A stretch of DNA of 6,467 bases, from positions 1 to 6,467 of IMG/VR virus record IMGVR_UViG_3300039369_000001; one strand, written 5' to 3'. The position numbers and the translations under genes were made by a program. Of the stretch, positions 1-4,494 are shown in pieces. Position 1 is the stretch's first letter, and each line of letters starts with the position of its first letter. This DNA comes from a virus. The notes below the pieces were generated by a model, which worked only from the letters and a program-made list of their open reading frames with translations, did no database searches and was not told where the DNA came from.

Positions 1-98
1 TTTATGGTTCTACATCTAATAATATTGAAGTATTCTGTGATGAGGAATCGTATATTATTGGTTTGTTAACTGTTACTCCTGTGCCTATTTATACACAA
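1..98. repeat. Terminal redundancy (copy 1), identical to 6370-6467. It is the assembly or permutation signature of a circular 6369-nt genome.
   Basis: Base-by-base comparison of 1-98 with 6370-6467 shows 98/98 identity. The offset of 6369 is a multiple of 3 and keeps the capsid ORF in frame. Confidence 0.97.
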
Positions 99-512
99 AT
101 GTTATCGAAAGATTTCTTGTATAATGGCTTGTTAGATCATTATCAGCCCGAATTTGACCGTATTGGATTCCAGCCAATTACCTATAAGGAAGTTTGTCCG
201 CTTAATCTTGGTGTTACTGATACCGTTGATAAGGCTAATCAAACGTTTGGTTATCAACGTCCGTGGTATGAATATGTTGCCAAGTATGATAGTGCACACG
301 GTCTGTTCCGTACTAGTATGAAGAATTTTGTAATGTCTCGTGTCTTTTCTGGATTACCTCAACTTGGACAGCGATTTTTGCTTGTAGACCCTGCTACGGT
401 TAACCAAGTATTCAGCGTTACGGAATATACGGATAAGATTTTTGGATATGTGAAATTCAACGCTACTGCTCGATTACCAATCAGCCGTGTTGCAATACCT
501 CGACTAGATTAA
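1..512 (+). CDS. VP1: Major capsid protein (VP1 / phiX174 F-like), 3' portion. It continues from 4689..6467 across the circular junction, and bases 1-98 duplicate 6370-6467.
   Basis: The frame is the same (position mod 3 = 0) as the open frame running off the window end, and TAA lies at 510-512. Translation across the junction reads ...GVYGSTSNNIEVFCDEESYIIGLLTVTPVPIYTQMLSKDF...YQRPWYEY..., which resembles the conserved C-terminal blocks of Microviridae capsid proteins. The ORF track shows only the M63 sub-ORF because the true start lies upstream of the window edge. Confidence 0.93.
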   Translation, partial: YGSTSNNIEVFCDEESYIIGLLTVTPVPIYTQMLSKDFLYNGLLDHYQPEFDRIGFQPITYKEVCPLNLGVTDTVDKANQTFGYQRPWYEYVAKYDSAHGLFRTSMKNFVMSRVFSGLPQLGQRFLLVDPATVNQVFSVTEYTDKIFGYVKFNATARLPISRVAIPRLD

Positions 513-556
513 GAAAATAATTTTTTCTTTTTTTCTTTCGACATTGCATCTTTAAG

Positions 557-677
557 GCATATGTGTGTGACTTGCTCCAAGGGTTCTAATATTAATAATT
601 GTTAAATATTAGTAGCCTGCGAATAATATTTAATAATTATTGATATTAGGTTCATTGGACTTGTCGCGCGCATATAC
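557..677 (+). other. Long imperfect inverted repeat, forming a rod-like stem-loop of about 120 nt in the largest non-coding region.
   Basis: Three co-linear helices are present. Helix 1 pairs 557-571 (gcatatgtgtgtgac) with 663-677 (gtcgcgcgcatatac): 11 Watson-Crick pairs, 3 G.T wobbles and 1 mismatch. Helix 2 pairs 576-580 (tccaa) with 655-659 (ttgga). Helix 3 pairs 586-592 (ctaatat) with 643-649 (atattag). The apex holds its own AT-rich hairpins: 586-593/605-612 as an alternative pairing, and 622-627/636-641. Confidence 0.6.
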
Positions 678-686
678 CTACCTTTG
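654..686 (+). promoter_or_regulatory. Candidate Bacteroidetes-type promoter: -33-like aTTG at 654-657, a 21-nt spacer, and a -7 TAccTTTG at 679-686.
   Basis: The -7 element matches the Bacteroides consensus TAnnTTTG exactly. It lies in a non-coding region, in the + orientation, upstream of the 856 gene block. The motif is short and several chance hits are expected in this T-rich genome. Confidence 0.3.
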
Positions 687-705
687 CAATACCGTAAGAT
701 TAAAA

Positions 706-722
706 GGGAAAAGTATTTTCCC
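706..722 (+). other. Perfect 7-bp hairpin gggaaaa-gta-ttttccc, the first of a cluster of hairpins spanning 706-820.
   Basis: Direct reverse-complement check: 706-712 pairs with 716-722 around a 3-nt loop. Neighbouring hairpins are 725-737 (GAA loop), 746-758 (gcaac-tct-gttgc) and 767-786 (ggatt/aatcc with an 8-nt loop). Confidence 0.6.
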
Positions 723-855
723 TCTGCGTGAAACGTAAATTAATAGCAACTCTGTTGCGTGCGTCAGGGATTGAAGCGAAAATCCTCGAAGAGATTGTAG
801 CGTAAAGCCCGCTCGGACGCCCAAATAAATTTTAAAATTTTTAAATTTTACACTT

Positions 856-1179
856 ATGGCTAGAAATACAAAACCGGATTACACATTAGCAAGATGTGAA
901 TTTGATGTACAAAAAGATTTTGAAAGAACTAAACCTAATCTAGGTTTAACCCCTCAACAAGTAGCTGAAATGGCAAAACGTGGTATTCCCGTTTCTCCTA
1001 TGAATGTAAATTTTATTGACGTTAACGGTGATGCTTCTTGGAATATAGAGCCTCAATTCCGTCGTGATATGGATATGGCTACCGCTTGGGAAATGGAAAA
1101 AGCTTCCCAGCGTAAAGCTCTTCAGGTTCTTCGTCAGAAGAAATTTGGTGACAAGTATATTAATCCTCAAAATAATTAA
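856..1179 (+). CDS. Hypothetical 107-aa protein. Its position immediately upstream of VP2 and its size are compatible with a scaffolding-type or other structural accessory protein, but the function is not established.
   Basis: ATG sits behind a 28-nt pure A/T tract. The stop TAA (1177-1179) is 2 nt before the VP2 ATG. Codon usage (a strong NNT preference) matches the other genes. I recognise no family motif by eye. Confidence 0.7.
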   Translation: MARNTKPDYTLARCEFDVQKDFERTKPNLGLTPQQVAEMAKRGIPVSPMNVNFIDVNGDASWNIEPQFRRDMDMATAWEMEKASQRKALQVLRQKKFGDKYINPQNN

Positions 1180-1181
1180 TT

Positions 1182-2330
1182 ATGGCTAATGTTGGTGCCG
1201 GTGCTGCCGCCGGCGCTGCTGCTGGTTCTGTTGTCCCTGGTATTGGTACAGCTATTGGTGCTCTTGGTGGCGCTGCCATCTCTGCCATTGGCAACTGGTT
1301 TGGAAACAAAAGTAACCGCAAAGCGTCTCGCGAAGCCTTTGAGCGAGAAAGTAAATTCGCTCGTGAAGAACGTTTGGCTCAACAGCAATGGATTGAACAG
1401 ATGTATGAAAAAAACAATTCTTACAATTCACCTGCTGCCCAAATGCAACGTTTGAAAGATGCCGGATTAAATCCGGATTTGATGTACTCCCGTGGTGACG
1501 TAGGAAATGCGACCGCTCCTGAAGCTCCTACGCAAGCTCCTACACCTCGGTATAATGTGATACCTACGAATACTTACGGACAGACTGCACAAATCGCTGC
1601 TGATGCTGGTTTGAAGGCTGCTCAAGCTCGTCTGGCTCATTCCCAGAGTAAGAAAACGGATACTGAAGAAAGCTTGTTGACTGCTGATTATCTGTTGCGT
1701 AAGGCTCGTACCGAAAGTGATATTGAACTTAACAATTCTACTATTTATGTAAATCATGAACTCGGCCAATTAAATCATGCTGAAGCTGAAGTAGCTGCAA
1801 AGAAACTTCAAGAAATAGATGTTGCTATGTCTGAAGCTCGTGAACGTATTAATACATTGAAAGCTCAACAATCGCAGATTGATGAGAATATAGTTCAATT
1901 GAAATTTGATAGGTATCTGCGTTCTAAAGACTTTGAACTTCTTTGTAAGAAAACGTATCAGGACATGAAAGAGAGTAATTCTCGTATTAGTCTTAATGCT
2001 GCTGAAGTGCAGGACATGATGGCTACACAGTTAGCTCGTGTAATGAATCTGAATGCGTCTACTTATATGCAAAAGAAGCAAGGTATGTTAGCTAGTGAAC
2101 AGACTATGACGGAGTTATATAAGCAAACTGGTATTGATATTTCGAATCAGCATGCTAAGTTTAACTTTGATCAAGCTAAAAGTTGGGATTCAACCGAACG
2201 TTTTACTAATGTTGCTACTACCTGGATTAATTCCGTGTCGTTTGCCGTTAGTCAGTTCGCTGGTGCTACTACCACTCTTCAAAAAGGAGGTTTCCTTGGA
2301 AAGTCTATGTCTCCTATAGGATTCCGTTAA
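1182..2330 (+). CDS. VP2: Minor capsid / DNA pilot protein (VP2, functionally H-like).
   Basis: The 382-aa product has a Gly/Ala-rich N-terminus (MANVGAGAAAGAAAGSVVPGIGTAIGALGGAAISAIGNWFG). This is followed by ...NSYNSPAAQMQRLKDAGLNPDLMY, which I recall as typical of gokusho/alpavirus VP2, and then long heptad-like helical stretches. Gene order (after VP1, before VP4) fits. Confidence 0.88.
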   Translation: MANVGAGAAAGAAAGSVVPGIGTAIGALGGAAISAIGNWFGNKSNRKASREAFERESKFAREERLAQQQWIEQMYEKNNSYNSPAAQMQRLKDAGLNPDLMYSRGDVGNATAPEAPTQAPTPRYNVIPTNTYGQTAQIAADAGLKAAQARLAHSQSKKTDTEESLLTADYLLRKARTESDIELNNSTIYVNHELGQLNHAEAEVAAKKLQEIDVAMSEARERINTLKAQQSQIDENIVQLKFDRYLRSKDFELLCKKTYQDMKESNSRISLNAAEVQDMMATQLARVMNLNASTYMQKKQGMLASEQTMTELYKQTGIDISNQHAKFNFDQAKSWDSTERFTNVATTWINSVSFAVSQFAGATTTLQKGGFLGKSMSPIGFR

Positions 2331-2335
2331 TGATT

Positions 2336-2358
2336 AGCCGGGTGTCCCCCGGCTTTTC
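2336..2358 (+). terminator. Intrinsic-terminator-like hairpin agccggg-tgtcc-cccggct followed by TTTT.
   Basis: A perfect 7-bp GC-rich stem (2336-2342 / 2348-2354) with a 5-nt loop and a T-run at 2354-2357, starting 6 nt after the VP2 stop codon. Confidence 0.6.
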
Positions 2359-2378
2359 ACGATTTATTCCAAAATCGT
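2359..2378 (+). other. Hairpin acgattt-attcca-aaatcgt, immediately 5' of the candidate origin nick site.
   Basis: A perfect 7-bp stem (2359-2365 / 2372-2378). The arm sequence acgattt recurs as a direct repeat at 2451-2457. Confidence 0.55.
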
Positions 2379-2385
2379 ACTGCCT

Positions 2386-2395
2386 TAACTTGATA
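2386..2395 (+). promoter_or_regulatory. Candidate plus-strand origin nick site TAACTTG^ATA for the rolling-circle Rep. The predicted cleavage is between G2392 and A2393.
   Basis: 9 of 10 positions match the phiX174 gpA cleavage decamer CAACTTG^ATA. The site is in a non-coding region on the + (viral) strand, about 130 nt upstream of the rep gene and flanked by hairpins. A loosely similar TAAC...GACAC follows, as in the phiX 30-nt origin. Confidence 0.5.
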
Positions 2396-2496
2396 AGTAT
2401 GTAGTAACTGACACACCCTCTAATCTTTGATTATTTCCACCGGAAAAGTTACGATTTGCCCAAAGTGCGGCTTCCGTCCGCTATAGTATCTTAAAC

Positions 2497-2511
2497 TTCC
2501 GCGAAGCGGAA
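2497..2511 (+). other. Mini-hairpin ttccgc-gaa-gcggaa containing the GCGAAGC core.
   Basis: A perfect 6-bp stem (2497-2502 / 2506-2511) with a GAA triloop. It is followed directly by an A6T5A6 tract and the rep ATG at 2526. Confidence 0.65.
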
Positions 2512-2525
2512 AAAATTTTTAAAAA

Positions 2526-3881
2526 ATGAACAACATTTACTGCGAAGATCCTAAAGTAATCTGGCATCCGCATGCTTCTAAGCTGATACAAAAGTATCGT
2601 ACGTTTACAATGCCTTCTGGAACATATCACGGTTCTGTTCTTCATGTGAACAAGAATCATGTTAATAAAAATAATATTGATAAATATACTATTGTAAATC
2701 CTGCTACTGGTGAAACATTTCCAATGTTTTTAATTGTTCCCTGTAACAAATGTGCTCTTTGTAATGAAAAGAAAGCTCAACAATGGTCGTTTCGTGCTCT
2801 CTGTGAATCATATACCTCTAATAAACAAGCTTATTTTATAACTCTTACTTATAACAATGAACATTTACCGAAAGCTGGAGTATTTCCGGAAGAGATTCAA
2901 CTCTTTTTTAAACGCCTTCGTACCAAATTGGATAGACGTGGTATTTCTCATAATCTTCGCTATATTGCAGTTTCTGAATACGGACATTGGTCTAAACGTC
3001 CTCACTATCATATTATACTATGGAATTTTCCTGATAACTTCGAAACCTCGTACTCGCGGCTTACGCTCATTGAAAGCTGCTGGCGTCGTCCTACTGGTGA
3101 TTACAATCCTGACGGATCACCTGTTACTAGGTCTATTGGTTTTGCTTATTGTGTTCCTGTTATCAATGGTGGTATCAATTATGTCATGAAATATATGAAT
3201 AAACGTGAAAAATCTCCTGAAGGTATGAATCCTACATTTATGCTTGCTTCTCGCAAGAATGGTGGTATTGGTTCTGCCTATGCTGAACAGCTTCGCGCAT
3301 TCTATGAACAACAGCCTGACACTTGTGATATGTCTGTTATTAATATATATACCGGTCAATCTTTGACTACTATGTTACCTCGTTATTACCGTATGAAGTT
3401 TATGCCTTCTACCTCAATGTGTTATGACCCTAACTTTATTAAATACTTCAAGGATACGGTTCGTTGGTTTGAAGTTGCTCGTTATCTTCATAAACAATAT
3501 AAGCTTCCTTTTAAATTCACTTACCCTGAAGAGTATCTTCGTCTCGTTCGTATGACTAATAAAACTCCTTACTATAATCCTTCTAAAACTATTGTAAATG
3601 ATACATTTATAAAGTATTATCTTCCTCAATTCTGTTCACAAACTGTTTATGAGGATTTGTATTATAAGGCATTCTCTTATGCTCTTGATTGTTTATCGAC
3701 TGCTCTTGTATTCTTTGACTCCTCGCAAGTCCTAAAACATGAAAAATCTTTACATATGAATGCTCTCCAACAAGCTGCTATTAACGCTCGTATGGCTATG
3801 CGTGAAGAACTCAATCTTAAGAAAGCTTCTTACGATGTTCGTGAGAAACTGAATAGACATTATAGAAAAGAGAAGATTTAA
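2526..3881 (+). CDS. VP4: Replication initiation protein (VP4 / phiX174 gpA-like HUH rolling-circle endonuclease).
   Basis: The 451-aa product carries motif 1 YFITLTY. Motif 2 (HUH) is RPHYHIILW, with H-Y-H encoded at 3003-3011. Motif 3 has two tyrosines spaced by three residues, YVMKYMNK (3180-3203), as in phiX gpA. It also has CNKCALC and SRKNGGIG blocks of the kind seen in Microviridae VP4 proteins. Confidence 0.95.
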   Translation: MNNIYCEDPKVIWHPHASKLIQKYRTFTMPSGTYHGSVLHVNKNHVNKNNIDKYTIVNPATGETFPMFLIVPCNKCALCNEKKAQQWSFRALCESYTSNKQAYFITLTYNNEHLPKAGVFPEEIQLFFKRLRTKLDRRGISHNLRYIAVSEYGHWSKRPHYHIILWNFPDNFETSYSRLTLIESCWRRPTGDYNPDGSPVTRSIGFAYCVPVINGGINYVMKYMNKREKSPEGMNPTFMLASRKNGGIGSAYAEQLRAFYEQQPDTCDMSVINIYTGQSLTTMLPRYYRMKFMPSTSMCYDPNFIKYFKDTVRWFEVARYLHKQYKLPFKFTYPEEYLRLVRMTNKTPYYNPSKTIVNDTFIKYYLPQFCSQTVYEDLYYKAFSYALDCLSTALVFFDSSQVLKHEKSLHMNALQQAAINARMAMREELNLKKASYDVREKLNRHYRKEKI

Positions 3882-3915
3882 ACTAGATTTAACTACCAAT
3901 TAACACTATATTAAC
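3878..3915 (+). repeat. Four TTAA(A)C motifs phased at exactly 11 nt (starts at 3878, 3889, 3900 and 3911); iteron- or operator-like.
   Basis: The motifs are ttaaac 3878-3883, ttaac 3889-3893, ttaac 3900-3904 and ttaac 3911-3915. Larger units also repeat: agatttaaact (3874-3884) with agatttaact (3885-3894), and attaaca (3899-3905) with attaaca (3910-3916). The first unit overlaps the rep stop codon. Confidence 0.6.
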
Positions 3916-3926
3916 AATAGAATTCT

Positions 3927-3934
3927 TATCTTTG
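3927..3934 (+). promoter_or_regulatory. Candidate Bacteroidetes -7 promoter element TAtcTTTG, upstream of the small-ORF/capsid block.
   Basis: Exact TAnnTTTG match 40 nt upstream of the ATG at 3974, in a non-coding region. No clear TTTG -33 element is present; that position is occupied by the phased TTAAC repeats. Confidence 0.3.
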
Positions 3935-3973
3935 TAGTGTAAGAAAAAGGAATACTAATTTAATTTATGTGTT

Positions 3974-4156
3974 ATGGAAGATTTTATTGTTTTCTTTGTT
4001 AATAAGAATGGTTTGAATGACTTCGTGGTTATTAAAGCTTTGGATTTAAAAGATGCTATGCGTACTTCTAGATTATTTTCCAAGGCTTCTAATTGTGAGA
4101 TTCTAGGTGTTTGTCGTGATTGTTTTAAATCATTTAAATTGGATCAATATGAATAA
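3974..4156 (+). CDS. Hypothetical small protein (60 aa).
   Basis: This is the first ORF after the 3882-3973 non-coding region. Its stop overlaps the next ATG (ATGAATAA, an 8-nt overlap). Codon bias matches the phage genes. No recognisable motif. Confidence 0.55.
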   Translation: MEDFIVFFVNKNGLNDFVVIKALDLKDAMRTSRLFSKASNCEILGVCRDCFKSFKLDQYE

Positions 4157-4328
4157 GTATACGTTTATTTTTGAAGTTGCTTGGCGTGATTCTGAATCTG
4201 GTCAAATGAAGCCTCATGAGTATCGTAAGAAAACTCAAATGACTATTAATGATGCTCGTACTTATGCTCGTCGATTGTCTAATATTCAAAATGTGATTTC
4301 CGTTTTGTTTTATAAGCAAATGTTTTAA
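4149..4328 (+). CDS. Hypothetical small basic protein (59 aa, net charge about +5), possibly a DNA-binding or packaging accessory protein.
   Basis: I prefer the ATG at 4149 to the track start at 4107, because it gives a short coupling overlap with the upstream stop. The upstream 14 residues are the hydrophobic artefact expected of the +1 frame. Product: MNKYTFIFEVAWRDSESGQMKPHEYRKKTQMTINDARTYARRLSNIQNVISVLFYKQMF. Confidence 0.5.
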   Translation: MNKYTFIFEVAWRDSESGQMKPHEYRKKTQMTINDARTYARRLSNIQNVISVLFYKQMF

Positions 4329-4329
4329 T

Positions 4330-4494
4330 ATGTATAAAGGTGTTATAAAGTTCGTTAAGAGAGAAACTCTTCATGAGGAGTTTTCTATAAACATTGGTAT
4401 TTTTAACCGTCCTTCGACTGCTGAACGATTTCGTAAGCAATTACAGGAAGCTAATGTTGGATATGATGTTTCATTAATTTTAGAAAAGTTATGA
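4330..4494 (+). CDS. Hypothetical small protein (54 aa), not in the supplied ORF track because of its size.
   Basis: The ATG at 4330 is 1 nt after the previous stop. My translation is MYKGVIKFVKRETLHEEFSINIGIFNRPSTAERFRKQLQEANVGYDVSLILEKL, with TGA at 4492-4494 overlapping the next ATG (ATGA). It fills an otherwise unexplained 160-nt gap in a very compact genome. Confidence 0.5.
   Translation: MYKGVIKFVKRETLHEEFSINIGIFNRPSTAERFRKQLQEANVGYDVSLILEKL

Noticed and set aside
1-98. The direct terminal repeats interpreted as LTRs, insertion-sequence ends or a biological terminal redundancy.
   Set aside because: The repeat falls inside the capsid coding sequence and joins the two halves of the ORF in frame. 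This is what a circular genome linearised with overlap looks like. No transposase or integrase is present.
512-540. Weak AT-only hairpin (agaaaa-taatt-ttttct) plus a T-rich tract after the capsid stop, as a possible terminator.
   Set aside because: The stem is 6 bp of A.T and G.C-poor pairs, so its predicted stability is very low. It may simply reflect the T-rich composition and is not listed as a feature.
561-605. 14-codon Cys-containing mini-ORF (MCVTCSKGSNINNC) inside the long hairpin.
   Set aside because: It is too short and has no supporting context. It lies upstream of the predicted promoter and is embedded in strongly paired sequence.
663-692. Possible XerC/D dif-like site (gcgcgcatat resembles the GTGCGCATAA arm of E. 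coli dif; tgttaaat at 600-607 matches the end of the XerD arm), relevant because some Bacteroidetes microviruses are integrated prophages.
   Set aside because: With 11-6-11 spacing, only about 8/11 (XerC arm) and 5/11 (XerD arm) positions match at 665-692. The tgttaaat 8-mer lacks a credible partner arm. I also cannot recall the host-appropriate dif consensus. The evidence is insufficient without a search against Bacteroidetes dif sites or prophage junctions.
690-830. A tRNA or other known small RNA gene in the GC-richer part of the large non-coding region.
   Set aside because: The hairpins do not assemble into a cloverleaf. There is no 7-bp acceptor stem and no T-loop-like GTTCRAnnC. I recognise no known RNA family, so the region is reported only as unexplained structure.
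2857-3189. Hydrophobic overlapping + strand ORFs in the frame shifted by one base from the main gene: 2857-3189 (110 aa, in rep), 2134-2319 (in VP2), and 5374-5565 and 6064-6438 (in VP1).
   Set aside because: All of them put the T-rich third codon position of the real gene at their own second position. This automatically yields L, F, I and V-rich pseudo-proteins. None has a favourable start context or a distinct domain layout. Only 1189-1455 was kept as a low-confidence finding, because of its start-site arrangement and E-like architecture.
4107-4148. Upstream start (4107) given by the ORF track for the 4107-4328 ORF.
   Set aside because: It would overlap the preceding ORF by 50 nt and add only a hydrophobic frame-artefact peptide (MFVVIVLNHLNWIN). 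The ATG at 4149 gives the short coupling overlap seen at the other small-gene junctions. The choice is not proven.
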